Made by a program: the position numbers and the translations under genes. 64,000 bases of DNA from the sequence record OR992645.1; one strand, given 5' to 3'. Position 1 is the stretch's first letter. Each line of letters opens with the position of its first letter. Below, one piece after another: positions 47,466 through 57,685 of this stretch. This DNA comes from Escherichia phage EI-SP-GF. The notes under the pieces are model-generated. The model was not told where the DNA came from. It saw only the letters and a list, made by a program, of their open reading frames with translations, and ran no database searches.

Positions 47466-48469
47466 TGGCAGAGTATAGACGTAGAACATGGCGATTATTG
47501 TTTGGTCGCCCTGTAGAACATGGCGGAAAATCAAAAACCAATATCCCAAAATCTGTTGAAAAGAAAGGAGAAAGTGATTCTGGCGTTTATGAGATTAGCT
47601 CAGACACAGGTGCTGCCAATATAGAGTTCGACATACAAAAGGATAACACCAAAGAGCCAAACAAAGGCTATGTGATAGTTTACAACCTGTCTGACGATAC
47701 GGTTAACTATCTGGACATGCACCAGGCTGATGCTCTTGCGGTGATGTTTGAGGCTGGCTATGATAATGAGAACCAGTTGATATTCTCCGGAACTGTAGAG
47801 TTTGTTGAAGACAGGTGGGAAGGTCCGACTAGGAAAACTAAGTTCATCTTTGGAGATGGCACTGAGAACATCATTAAGTGCCAAAGCACCAGATCTTATC
47901 AGAAAGGTACACCTCTGGACTCTGTGCTTAATGACCTCCTGAAGGATATGAACTTACCAAAAGGTAGGGTTGTTGGTTTTGGAAACCAAACTTTGCAATA
48001 CTCCATGGCTTTCTCGGGGAATACTGCAGAGAACCTCCGCAGATTTGCAAGACTGACCAACTCAACATTTAGCGTTCAGGATGGGGCTTTATATTGGACC
48101 AAGGTTGGAAAAAGGTTCAAGGACTCTGTGTTTGAAATTAGTGCAGAGTCTGGGATGCACGGATCGCCCACCCCTAAAAACCCAGAGCCTGCGAGAAAAC
48201 GGAAAGCTAAAGCTGCTGCAAAAGGCGGTTCAACATCTAAAAAGAAAAAGAAAAACCCGAAAGAGGACGTTGGTCTTACCGTGACCACATGCCTTAACGG
48301 GGCTATCCTCCCAGAGTCAACCATCTATCTTAAGAGCAGACAATATACAGGCTTCTACAAGGTGATCACAGTGCACCACAAAGGCACCATCGAAGGAGGT
48401 GATTACATTACAGAGCTTGGACTTGGGGAAGCTGTTGGTGGGATTGTTGACAAAACTGAGGAGGTATAA
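47465..48469 (+). CDS. hypothetical baseplate-module protein with Lys-rich insert
   Basis: 334 aa; TAATG overlap with upstream gene; KRKAKAAAKGGSTSKKKKK segment. Confidence 0.4.
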   Translation: MAEYRRRTWRLLFGRPVEHGGKSKTNIPKSVEKKGESDSGVYEISSDTGAANIEFDIQKDNTKEPNKGYVIVYNLSDDTVNYLDMHQADALAVMFEAGYDNENQLIFSGTVEFVEDRWEGPTRKTKFIFGDGTENIIKCQSTRSYQKGTPLDSVLNDLLKDMNLPKGRVVGFGNQTLQYSMAFSGNTAENLRRFARLTNSTFSVQDGALYWTKVGKRFKDSVFEISAESGMHGSPTPKNPEPARKRKAKAAAKGGSTSKKKKKNPKEDVGLTVTTCLNGAILPESTIYLKSRQYTGFYKVITVHHKGTIEGGDYITELGLGEAVGGIVDKTEEV

Positions 48470-49146
48470 TGGCAATAAACAGGAAAGATGCTGCTGTAAG
48501 ATCCTTTATAGAAAAAATAATGAGGGACTACCACACCAGTATTAGAGCCAGAGTTGTCAGTGTAGATTACAGTATCCCCTCTGCAGCCGTGCAGCCAATA
48601 GCCGAAACCATGTTTGACGATGGGGATGTAGAAAGGTACCCTCTTATCTATGATGTTCCAATCCAGGTGATGTCTGCAAACGGTGGGAAGGCAAGGTTAA
48701 CGCTTCCTATTAAAGCTGGTGATGTTGTAGGGCTGCAATTTTCAGAGAGAAATGAAAACAATAACGATGACCAGCAAACCCACGGCCTGTTTCCAGGATG
48801 GGCTATCACCTCTGTTCATTCAGACTCGAATGCTTTGCAGATCGATCCTGATAATGTAGAGTTATGGAATGATAGGGTTTATTTTAAGCTAACACCTTCT
48901 GGTGATTTTGAGCTTCAAACACCTGGTGGGACATTACGGTGCGACAGTAGCGGGGAGTTTTCTTTCACCAACGGGGCTGCCAATTTACGAGCTGCTGTGG
49001 ATGGAAATATCAGAATGAATGGTGCCACAATAGACCCATCAGGTAGAATTATAACGGCTGCTGGTGTGGATTTGGACTCATTCTATGCAGAATATAAAGG
49101 TCATACCCACTCTTGCCCTGATGGCGAGACAAGTGGACCGCACTAA
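48469..49146 (+). CDS. putative baseplate spike/central protein
   Basis: 225 aa; position in baseplate cluster; weak resemblance to gpV-type N-terminal domain. Confidence 0.3.
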   Translation: MAINRKDAAVRSFIEKIMRDYHTSIRARVVSVDYSIPSAAVQPIAETMFDDGDVERYPLIYDVPIQVMSANGGKARLTLPIKAGDVVGLQFSERNENNNDDQQTHGLFPGWAITSVHSDSNALQIDPDNVELWNDRVYFKLTPSGDFELQTPGGTLRCDSSGEFSFTNGAANLRAAVDGNIRMNGATIDPSGRIITAAGVDLDSFYAEYKGHTHSCPDGETSGPH

Positions 49147-49158
49147 TAGAGGGCTTGA

Positions 49159-49875
49159 ATGGCTACGCTTTATAGTGATATATTGATGGACCCACAGACA
49201 GGTGATTTGGCGATAGACAAAGGTCTTGAGTTGATAGATTCAAACCAAGTAAGTCTGCGCCAGCGCCTGTGGATGAGGTTTAATACATGGAAGGGGAGCT
49301 GGTACTTTGATGAGTTGTTTGGCTTCCCTTATATGGACTTTCTCAGTAAGAAGGTCATGAAGACTGTTCTTGATAACAAGATTATGGAAGTGGCAAGACA
49401 AGAGCCAGATGTGCTAAACATCATAAACTTCCAGTCTACTATGGATCGAAGATCGAGAACATACCAAGCGTTCTTTGAGGTTGTTACCAAGGAGAACGAG
49501 ATTGTAAGGCTGGCTTTCGTAGGTCTTGATCAGTTTACCTACCCACAGCCTGATGACGGGGCAACCTCTCTTTGTGATGATGAAGGTTGGATTAAGTGGG
49601 CTAATAAACTGTACTACCTGATCAACTTCAGATTGCCTAGAACTGGAGATGCTACGTGGTGGAACCAGTATGCTGGTCCTGAGATGGAAAACCCGATTCC
49701 TGTAGGTTCTCTGTTGACTCAGAATAAAGATCTGTTGATGACTGATGCAGAACAAACCATTAACCGCAATACCTGGACGCTTGCTCCAGATGAGCGCGAA
49801 TATTCTGGTGTTATTGCTACCTCTAATGATGAGGCTATTGCCAACCAGTCTGGTCGTGCTATCGATGTTAACTAA
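49159..49875 (+). CDS. putative baseplate wedge protein (gp25/GpW-like N-terminal domain)
   Basis: LELIDSNQVSLRQRLWMRFNTWKGSWYFDELFGFPY resembles the gp25/GpW family signature. Confidence 0.4.
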   Translation: MATLYSDILMDPQTGDLAIDKGLELIDSNQVSLRQRLWMRFNTWKGSWYFDELFGFPYMDFLSKKVMKTVLDNKIMEVARQEPDVLNIINFQSTMDRRSRTYQAFFEVVTKENEIVRLAFVGLDQFTYPQPDDGATSLCDDEGWIKWANKLYYLINFRLPRTGDATWWNQYAGPEMENPIPVGSLLTQNKDLLMTDAEQTINRNTWTLAPDEREYSGVIATSNDEAIANQSGRAIDVN

Positions 49876-49884
49876 GGAGAAATC

Positions 49885-50553
49885 ATGGCTGTAGCTTATC
49901 CTACAATACCAATCCCAGATCTTGAAGATGCAGAAACAGTCTTGAGTGATGACTTCTTGGTTGTCAACCAGACTGACGGGACAAGAAAGGCTAAGATTGA
50001 TGATGTTGTCAATGATCTTAGCATTACTAAAATAGTTTATTTCACAGAGGGCGGTTATCTTAAGAGCAAGAAGGATTTTGCTTATGATCCGGAAACTAAG
50101 CGCTACTACACATGGAATGGAGATTATCCTAAAATAATCCTCCCAGATTCTACTGTAGAGGGTGCCGGAGGTGTGTCTGCAAAAGCATGGTCTGTTTTTG
50201 GAGAGCTTGCTGCAACTTCTTCAGGTAGGATAGTTGATTACGGCTCTATTGGTGGTCAACTTGACATGGATCTTGACGTTGCAGACACGTTTAAAGTTCG
50301 GCTCACTTCAAACACTACAATCTCTTTTGAAAATCAAACAGAAGGGCTCGACGGAGTGGCAAGAACTATAACTGTATGCATAACGCAGACCTCGGGTGGT
50401 AACAAAGTTTATTGGCCTGACAATGTTAAATGGGCCTACGGGAGAGATCCTATCCTAACATTTACAGCTGGTGCAACAGACATTTTCAAGTTGGAAACAT
50501 ATGATAATGGACTAACTTGGTACGGGGCACTGATCATCGCAGGAGCTATCTAA
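49885..50553 (+). CDS. tail fibre-related protein sharing N-terminal domain with 53188 fibre
   Basis: N-terminus ETVLSDDFLVVNQTDGTRKAKIDDVV parallels DDYLVVQQPDLTRRVKIGDVV of the 1268-aa fibre. Confidence 0.4.
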   Translation: MAVAYPTIPIPDLEDAETVLSDDFLVVNQTDGTRKAKIDDVVNDLSITKIVYFTEGGYLKSKKDFAYDPETKRYYTWNGDYPKIILPDSTVEGAGGVSAKAWSVFGELAATSSGRIVDYGSIGGQLDMDLDVADTFKVRLTSNTTISFENQTEGLDGVARTITVCITQTSGGNKVYWPDNVKWAYGRDPILTFTAGATDIFKLETYDNGLTWYGALIIAGAI

Positions 50554-50554
50554 G

Positions 50555-53152
50555 ATGCGTATTCAACACAACATTGATAACGTATTTCAGATGATCGAGG
50601 GGCACAGGAAGTGCCTCGATAACAACACAGGTATTACCAATCTCCCTACACAGAACAAACTGGTAAACCAGGATGGACTTATAGCGTCAGGTTGGTCAGG
50701 AAGTAAGATAAATAATGATTGGGCAATGCATGAGTCCCAAGCCGTGTTGATTCTGGGATACATTGAGGCATACAGGGCATCAAAAAGCGATTTTTATCTA
50801 GACAGGGCCAAAGAGGCTTGGGAAGCCTACAACAGTCATCTTCTGGGAGTATATGCAGTAGAAAGTAAAATGCAAAGATTGTCCCACTACCCGTTATCCA
50901 CAGATGGAGTTCCATCACATGGTGGGTTTAAAGATGTGGTTGTGTCTTTTAACAAAGGTAGAGGAAAAATCCCAGCAGGATCCCCGACATGGGGAGAATA
51001 CTTGGACAAGGCTTTTCAGGCGTATAACGGTGTTTTAGGAAGAAACACTGTAGACTCTGATGTTTACGGCGGCACAGATGCTAATCCTAATTGGACAACT
51101 TCCGGATTAAGTTGGTGGGTTGAGTGGTATATAGCATGGGATGGTAACCGCTATTGGGCCAACGGTAGCATAGCCGACAGTGGTCATACGTCTGCAGAGT
51201 TCGGCACAATCCAACTGCAAGATAAGGGTGTTACAGGCAACCACAAGGTTACCTATTGTGTGAGATTGCCTAAAGAGCAGGGAGGATCGGTGATACCTGC
51301 TGGATCCCCTGTAATTGTAAATCCTATAAACGTGGTTGCAGACAATCAAGCCCCAGAGTTAGACGGGGAAGAGATGTGGTGTGACGCTTGTTATCAACTC
51401 TACACCTTGACAGGTGAGGAAAAGTATTACACCGCGTTTAAGCAGTCTTACAATAAGTTGCTTAATTTTAGTGATATAAATGCCTACGACAAGCTGTTCA
51501 GAAAGACCACGTTGATTAAGGCCCCGTTCACAGATGGCACTTGTCTAGTTGCAGGAACAGTACCTGTCATGAGTAGGGATAGTGACGGATATATCAATTT
51601 TAGAATGAACGCACGCCAGCCTTGCGAAATAATCCAAAAAGGGACTACATACAAAATAGGCAGAGATGCTGAAATTGTTATGAATTTCGGAGGAGAAGGG
51701 GTTCTGTTCCAGCCACATTTCATCCTTAATGATGGCAACAATAACAAAAAACAGTACAGAATAGGTGTACCTTTTGGAGGGGCAGAGGTAACAGAAACAG
51801 TTGCCAAGGTTACTGATTTTGTAGAGGTGGTTGGTAAAGACGGTAACCCGTATCTCTTGCCAAAAGAGGAAAACATTGCCGTAAGCGGTGGCGCTAGTGT
51901 TAGTATGCAGTATGATACCGACATTTACAACCACTCTGACAACTTCACCCGTTGCAACATAGTAAGAGGCAAGGTAACTTTCAATTTTGGAAGAGAGATT
52001 TCTTTAAACTCAGTGACTTATCGGTCAGATGATGAGATGGTAAGGGTCAAATTTCTTGACAAAGACCGTTGGTTATGGTATGCTGATCTATATGCTACTA
52101 ACGGGCAATGGATAACAGAAACTCTTACCCTGGGCGATTTTAAACTAGACCCAACACAACCTCATCACACAGAAGATGAGATTAAACCTTTCTTTGCTAA
52201 CCCTAAAGGAATTACCTCTGTAGATTTCAGTCTGAGCGACAGGCAGATAGGCAATGGCTTGTTCGATCTGTATTGCGTCAACACGCTGCCGCAATTTTAT
52301 GTTGCAGATAGGGATGCTTATCTGATCTGGTTTAGTGTATGGATGGCAAGCAAGACAGAATCAACCGCCAAGGTTGGTGATTGCTATGTCAGAAACTACA
52401 AGCAAGGAGCATACAGACACACTCCTGGTGTGTTCCCTGCTGGGAAGGTGATAGATAAGGAAAACTATCTCTTAGAGGAAAAGCCAAATTGGCCCTATCC
52501 TGGCATGCAATACCCAGCAGTCTACTGCATGGGTGCAGAAAACATAGATCGCCATAGATTGTCAAATACAATAGGCTTTCTGTACGACTCTCAAGTCTGG
52601 TATAATAATACATTTAAGACAGAGGGTCCAGTTGCCTCACGTTATGTATGGCAAAGAGGTAATGAAGGGTTGACTGGTTGGTGGGAGATGGTAGATAACT
52701 CTAAGCTCCAGTCAAGATCTTTTGTTGCTGCGTGCCGCACAATATATGAGCTCAAGAAACATAAAGAACCTGTTGATGAAAGACTGTTCCTGTTCTGCCA
52801 GAAATGGGCATGGTTCCTCAACAGATTCCAGTCATCTCATTCAGGAAATCTACCTACAGACTTTAACACCTCTGGAGGATACTCTTATCAGGACAGAGGA
52901 GACAGGATGTGGGTGGTAGGTGAATGGCTTGCAGGTTGCTGCTGGCTAGGTCTTTGCGGGTATTCAGAGACAATACCTCAAATAGATATTGTTGTAGAGG
53001 CCTGTATGAAGTTACTGCAAAAGCACCACTTCATTAACGGGGATAATGTTTTAAACGGCTGCTGGGCAGTTTCTGATCCGGTAGGCTATCACTCTGGCGA
53101 AATCCTTCGCGGTCTGGGACTTTATGCTCAATACCGTGGATTGTACCTTTAA
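50555..53152 (+). CDS. large tail fibre/tailspike-like protein (865 aa)
   Basis: Large ORF within tail fibre cluster; no catalytic motif recognised. Confidence 0.4.
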   Translation: MRIQHNIDNVFQMIEGHRKCLDNNTGITNLPTQNKLVNQDGLIASGWSGSKINNDWAMHESQAVLILGYIEAYRASKSDFYLDRAKEAWEAYNSHLLGVYAVESKMQRLSHYPLSTDGVPSHGGFKDVVVSFNKGRGKIPAGSPTWGEYLDKAFQAYNGVLGRNTVDSDVYGGTDANPNWTTSGLSWWVEWYIAWDGNRYWANGSIADSGHTSAEFGTIQLQDKGVTGNHKVTYCVRLPKEQGGSVIPAGSPVIVNPINVVADNQAPELDGEEMWCDACYQLYTLTGEEKYYTAFKQSYNKLLNFSDINAYDKLFRKTTLIKAPFTDGTCLVAGTVPVMSRDSDGYINFRMNARQPCEIIQKGTTYKIGRDAEIVMNFGGEGVLFQPHFILNDGNNNKKQYRIGVPFGGAEVTETVAKVTDFVEVVGKDGNPYLLPKEENIAVSGGASVSMQYDTDIYNHSDNFTRCNIVRGKVTFNFGREISLNSVTYRSDDEMVRVKFLDKDRWLWYADLYATNGQWITETLTLGDFKLDPTQPHHTEDEIKPFFANPKGITSVDFSLSDRQIGNGLFDLYCVNTLPQFYVADRDAYLIWFSVWMASKTESTAKVGDCYVRNYKQGAYRHTPGVFPAGKVIDKENYLLEEKPNWPYPGMQYPAVYCMGAENIDRHRLSNTIGFLYDSQVWYNNTFKTEGPVASRYVWQRGNEGLTGWWEMVDNSKLQSRSFVAACRTIYELKKHKEPVDERLFLFCQKWAWFLNRFQSSHSGNLPTDFNTSGGYSYQDRGDRMWVVGEWLAGCCWLGLCGYSETIPQIDIVVEACMKLLQKHHFINGDNVLNGCWAVSDPVGYHSGEILRGLGLYAQYRGLYL

Positions 53153-53187
53153 CATAGGGGGCTGTTTGCCCCCTTTCAGGAGAAAGA

Positions 53188-56100
53188 ATGGCTGATATTA
53201 AAGTTGTCAGAATTGAATCTCTTCCTGCCACTACCGCAGTGACAGAGGATGATTACCTGGTTGTTCAACAACCAGACCTGACCCGTCGTGTAAAAATTGG
53301 CGATGTTGTCCATGTGGATGGGACTGTTTCTCATGTAATCTCCTTTAAGGAAGGTGGTAAGTTAAACGGCCCAATGGATTTTGCCTACTTCGAAGAGGAA
53401 GATCTATACCTGCGTTGGAAAGGCGAATTTCCACACACTGTCCCTGCACTGTCTTCACCATATTCTGACGGTGGTATTACTGACGCTGCGTGGATGGTAT
53501 ATACAGATCCGTCCTTAAGGGAGGAGCTGGAGTCTACCATTGGCGCATCTATGATCATGACAGCCGAAGGGCAGTCTGTCCAAGATGTAATGGATGTTAC
53601 TGTTCAGACAGCCAACGATGCTAAAGCACTTGCACAGCGGGTAGATTTTGGCACAGTGCATACTGTAGGCGATGTTATTCACCTTGTCAACTTTGTTGGT
53701 CCTGCAGTTATTGAAGAGGGAAGAACTACTAACTACCCTTCTGAAGCGGCGGGTGAAAAATTTCTGAACGGTGTGGTATCTCGTCGTGATACTACAACTG
53801 TTGATGGCATTTTCCGTGGCGCTACCTCCGGAGCCATGTATACCATTGCAGTAACCAACGGTGTAGCAACAACAAAAAGAATAGCACTTCGTGACGAATT
53901 TAAACGCCTGGAGGCAAACAACCCAACAAGAACAGTTATCCGTGCCGGAGATGATTTAAACACAGCAGGGTACTTGCAGCTTGATGCAACAGGCCGTTGG
54001 GGTATGTGGAACCAACAAACAGCTTCGTGGCAACCTCTTGCTATAGAGCAAGGCGGCACAGGGGCCAGAGATGCCGCAGGTGCACGCATTAATTTAGGGG
54101 CTTTCTATAAGCAACGTGCAGCCCTTGAGTCAAATTTTAATATCAATAACTTGACTGGTAATCAGGATGGTATATACTACCAGCCGATGACTGCTTATGC
54201 AACTGAGGCAAATGGTTACCCTGCAGGTTCTGGTGCTGGTCACTTGATTGTCTGGCAGAACAATGCTAACGGCGGTACAGGTTGTCGTCAGGAATACTAT
54301 CCATTCTCTAACGTAGATGTTTGGTATTTGAGAACCTATCAGGCCAACACAAATCAGTGGACTGCATGGCAGCCAATGGTCAGACCCCGTAACGATGAGA
54401 CCTTTAGATCGCACATCGGTCTTGGGTCTAGGAATTCTCCTACCTTCGGGCACCTTTACCTGTCTCAAAGCTCGGCTGATGTTAAGTCGGCATCAGGTAT
54501 TGTTAACGGGGACAAATACAGCGCTGACGGTGTCCTTGAGCATGGGTATAGGATCTACTCTGAGGTAAGAAACGACAATAAGGCTTGGTTGACAATCCAC
54601 CTGCACAAAGGCGCAAAAGGATCTGAAACTCATAGATATTTAGGCTTCCGCGAGGATGGGGTCTTAGATTGTCCTAAATATATGCAGGTTGGTGATCTGA
54701 ACGGTCAGCTGGCAAACTGGGGACTTGGAGAATGGATCCGCAGTTCAGGAGCAGAAAGAGGTTTCTGGGGATCTAAGAAAGCCGCCAAGATGGTTATCTG
54801 GGATGGCGGTATGGACGAGCAAGGTGAAGGAACGCTTGAGTGGGGTGTTTATAACAACCGGAAAGCCAAATGGGAACCACTACCGATAGCTTGTGGTGGT
54901 ACCAGTGCCAGGACTGTAGGGGATGCTCAAGCACAATTCAGAATCCCTCTGGCATCAGGCGCTAGACCATATGTAAACCTGCCTAGAACTGCAGCTATGC
55001 AGGACGGTAAGTATTATCCTATTATCGTCAGAACTGACCCCAACTTTGCAGCAACTATCGGGACAGATTTAACCATTGTCACCAGATCTTCTTCTGGCGG
55101 CGACCCAATGAACTGTGCTACACTACAGTGTCACTACAGAACTGGTGGCTGGACAGACAGAGGTGATTCTTTCCAAGGGGTTATTAATTTCTACCAAAAC
55201 GAGAGAGCAATCCTCGGATGTGTATCTCCAACCAGAGGTAAGCAGGAGTATGTTGCATTCTATGTAGAGGCACGTGCATTCCCTGTTACAGTATATGCTG
55301 GCGCTACTGTAATAGAAGTGTCAACCAGGGAGGCTGATTGGCAAGTAGGCAACGTGACAGGTAACCAAGATGGTGTCAAGTTCTGTGCTCCTCTGGAATC
55401 TGCAGATTTGAGTCTTGCAATCAAAGGTGATGATGTAACAAACACCAGACCTCTGGTTGAGTTCAAAGGAACATCAGGTTTCTACACTGGTGGTGGAACT
55501 ATGTGGCACTACCTGGGGACTCCTGAACGCTATGCAGTGATGAGCAAAACGAACATGCCTAAAGTCGAGCTGTGGGCAGACGGTCTTGACTATTTGTGCT
55601 ACGGCGGTCCTAGAAAGGCATTATTCTCTAACGCGGGATTCCAGTGTGCATCTGACGGAACAGAGGATCTAACTAACGGCACGTTTACCTCTAAATGTGG
55701 TAATGGTGCTGGCCTTAAAGGCCAAGCAGAGTTCAGGTCTACTCCAGAAGCTGGTCAAGTTATTGTTCGAGATGTTGTGGGAACAGCTCATAGATTCTAC
55801 AACTTCAACAAAGATGGTACTTTCTCAGCCCCAGGTGGTTTTGTATGTCATACTGGTGGAGACTGGAACAACCAGTTCGGGCCTAATAACCCGTCAAAAA
55901 TAATGGCTGGCAACGTCAACGGACCAGAAGGTTCGATGGTTGTTGGTGGGTTGTCTGTGGCGTTTTCTGGAAACTATGCCTTCCAAATGGCTGGTCGCCT
56001 TGATCAGTTATACACCAGATCTATTGAGGGTGGTAACCACAGGGCGTGGAACAAAGTTATTCAGCACCGTGGTCAAGGTCTGGGGACAGAAGACCTTAAT

Positions 56101-56994
56101 GCCTACGATGGTAGCCGTGAAGGTTTCTATCACCAAGGTTCAAACGCTGACGCACTTGTAATAGATCGCCACTACCCTGCTCCGTACGCTGGTACACTGC
56201 TTGTTTACAAAAACACAGCTAACAGACCTCAAGGTTGTGTGCAGGAATATATCACCTATTTTGGTGACAGATATACTCGTGCTGGTAACTACGTTGGCGA
56301 TGTCTTTACTTGGGAAGAATGGAGACACGATGCTGGTAAAGGCATTCAGTTAAGACCTAATTACACTTTTGGTGAAACCAGTAATCAACTGGAAATTCAT
56401 GTCGGTGCTAATAGTCTTTCTAGCAACGCCGATAACTTACCTACCAATACAGGTAGAATGTTCTATTGGGGTAACGCAGACAGGAAGAACGTGCTTGAGT
56501 TTCAGGTAAACGACAACGCTGCATCTGCTAGCTGGGTATTCCACTGTGGCACTAGGTCAGACGAGGCTAAGTCAAGATATTTTGCTGTCAACGGTGTAGT
56601 AGAGTGCACCACTGTGAGCCAGAGCTCTGATAGAGACCTGAAGGACAATATAGAGGTTATTCCTAACGCGCTGGAAGCTATCCGTAAGATGAAGGGCTAT
56701 ACCTACACTTTAAAAGAGAATGGTATGCCTCACGCGGGGGTAATTGCTCAAGAGGTCATGGAAGCATTGCCAGAGGCAGTAGGGTCTTTCGTGAAAAGGA
56801 AGGAAATCCCAAACCCTGATCAAGATGGAACTCCTTTGATAACAGAAGAAAGGTTCTATAACGTTGACTACGCAGCTGTAACAGGCTTGCTTGTCCAGGT
56901 TTGCAGGGAACAGGACGATAAAATAACCGCCCTTGAGGAGCAGGTTAAAAAATTGACAGAGGTTGTTACTGGGTTGCAAGAGAAACTGAAGTAA
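53188..56994 (+). CDS. tail fibre with C-terminal intramolecular chaperone (S74-like) domain
   Basis: C-terminal SDRDLKDNIEVIPNALEAIRKMKGYTYTLKE...GVIAQEV matches the autoproteolytic fibre chaperone signature; Gly-rich repetitive shaft. Confidence 0.75.
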   Translation: MADIKVVRIESLPATTAVTEDDYLVVQQPDLTRRVKIGDVVHVDGTVSHVISFKEGGKLNGPMDFAYFEEEDLYLRWKGEFPHTVPALSSPYSDGGITDAAWMVYTDPSLREELESTIGASMIMTAEGQSVQDVMDVTVQTANDAKALAQRVDFGTVHTVGDVIHLVNFVGPAVIEEGRTTNYPSEAAGEKFLNGVVSRRDTTTVDGIFRGATSGAMYTIAVTNGVATTKRIALRDEFKRLEANNPTRTVIRAGDDLNTAGYLQLDATGRWGMWNQQTASWQPLAIEQGGTGARDAAGARINLGAFYKQRAALESNFNINNLTGNQDGIYYQPMTAYATEANGYPAGSGAGHLIVWQNNANGGTGCRQEYYPFSNVDVWYLRTYQANTNQWTAWQPMVRPRNDETFRSHIGLGSRNSPTFGHLYLSQSSADVKSASGIVNGDKYSADGVLEHGYRIYSEVRNDNKAWLTIHLHKGAKGSETHRYLGFREDGVLDCPKYMQVGDLNGQLANWGLGEWIRSSGAERGFWGSKKAAKMVIWDGGMDEQGEGTLEWGVYNNRKAKWEPLPIACGGTSARTVGDAQAQFRIPLASGARPYVNLPRTAAMQDGKYYPIIVRTDPNFAATIGTDLTIVTRSSSGGDPMNCATLQCHYRTGGWTDRGDSFQGVINFYQNERAILGCVSPTRGKQEYVAFYVEARAFPVTVYAGATVIEVSTREADWQVGNVTGNQDGVKFCAPLESADLSLAIKGDDVTNTRPLVEFKGTSGFYTGGGTMWHYLGTPERYAVMSKTNMPKVELWADGLDYLCYGGPRKALFSNAGFQCASDGTEDLTNGTFTSKCGNGAGLKGQAEFRSTPEAGQVIVRDVVGTAHRFYNFNKDGTFSAPGGFVCHTGGDWNNQFGPNNPSKIMAGNVNGPEGSMVVGGLSVAFSGNYAFQMAGRLDQLYTRSIEGGNHRAWNKVIQHRGQGLGTEDLNAYDGSREGFYHQGSNADALVIDRHYPAPYAGTLLVYKNTANRPQGCVQEYITYFGDRYTRAGNYVGDVFTWEEWRHDAGKGIQLRPNYTFGETSNQLEIHVGANSLSSNADNLPTNTGRMFYWGNADRKNVLEFQVNDNAASASWVFHCGTRSDEAKSRYFAVNGVVECTTVSQSSDRDLKDNIEVIPNALEAIRKMKGYTYTLKENGMPHAGVIAQEVMEALPEAVGSFVKRKEIPNPDQDGTPLITEERFYNVDYAAVTGLLVQVCREQDDKITALEEQVKKLTEVVTGLQEKLK

Positions 56995-57002
56995 CTGTTT
57001 TG

Positions 57003-57030
57003 CCCTCGCTTCGGCGGGGGCTTTTTGTTT
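57003..57030 (+). terminator. intrinsic terminator
   Basis: Stem CCCTCGC/GCGGGGG with UUCG tetraloop, then CTTTTTGTTT. Confidence 0.7.
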
Positions 57031-57033
57031 GTA

Positions 57034-57062
57034 TTGCGTATTAACTCAAAATCTGGTAAAAT
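57034..57062 (+). promoter_or_regulatory. sigma70-like promoter (TTGCGT-N17-TAAAAT)
   Basis: Hexamers at 57034-57039 and 57057-57062; TGGTAAAAT extended -10. Confidence 0.5.
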
Positions 57063-57093
57063 AACTATCATGATTGTTTAACCTGGAGGCACA

Positions 57094-57684
57094 ATGTTTT
57101 TATGGGAAAGGCCTAGATACCTTCCAGATATTAGATTGGAGCTGCTGGCAGATATTGTTACGTTTAAAAGTCCGTTTACAGGTAAAACGCAAAAAGTGAC
57201 CTATGCCACACCTAACTGGAAAGGCACTTTGACGGTTTCCAATATCAGCGAGTCACAGTTGCTAGAGCTTAAGAGCTTTGTTGATCAGGTGTATAAAGAC
57301 GGGAACATTTTTCTTATTAAAACGTACGGTCACTCAGTAACAGCTAATGAGCCAATCGCCCTTGGGCCTACCGGTAACGACGATTTTTTGAAGACGGTCG
57401 GATGGGAGCCAAACAGAGACATAGCCAGAGCTGGGGATAAAATATCTGTTAACGATGAATTGAAAGTGGTAACAGCTCCAGTGCGCAGCGATGGTGTTGG
57501 GTCTGCTGTTATAAGCATATCTCCAAGACTTAGAAAACCTATTGCCGCAGGGGACACTATGAAGATAATAACTCAATCCCCAAAGGGTAGGTTTCATATC
57601 AGAGATATTTATAAAATTAAGCAAAAAGTCGATGCTATGCAAAAAGGTGATAATATAGTTATCAACTTCTTTGAGGATTTCTAA
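57094..57684 (+). CDS. hypothetical tail tip protein (196 aa)
   Basis: First gene of cluster ending with J-like protein; GGAGG RBS. Confidence 0.35.
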   Translation: MFLWERPRYLPDIRLELLADIVTFKSPFTGKTQKVTYATPNWKGTLTVSNISESQLLELKSFVDQVYKDGNIFLIKTYGHSVTANEPIALGPTGNDDFLKTVGWEPNRDIARAGDKISVNDELKVVTAPVRSDGVGSAVISISPRLRKPIAAGDTMKIITQSPKGRFHIRDIYKIKQKVDAMQKGDNIVINFFEDF

Positions 57685-57685
57685 G

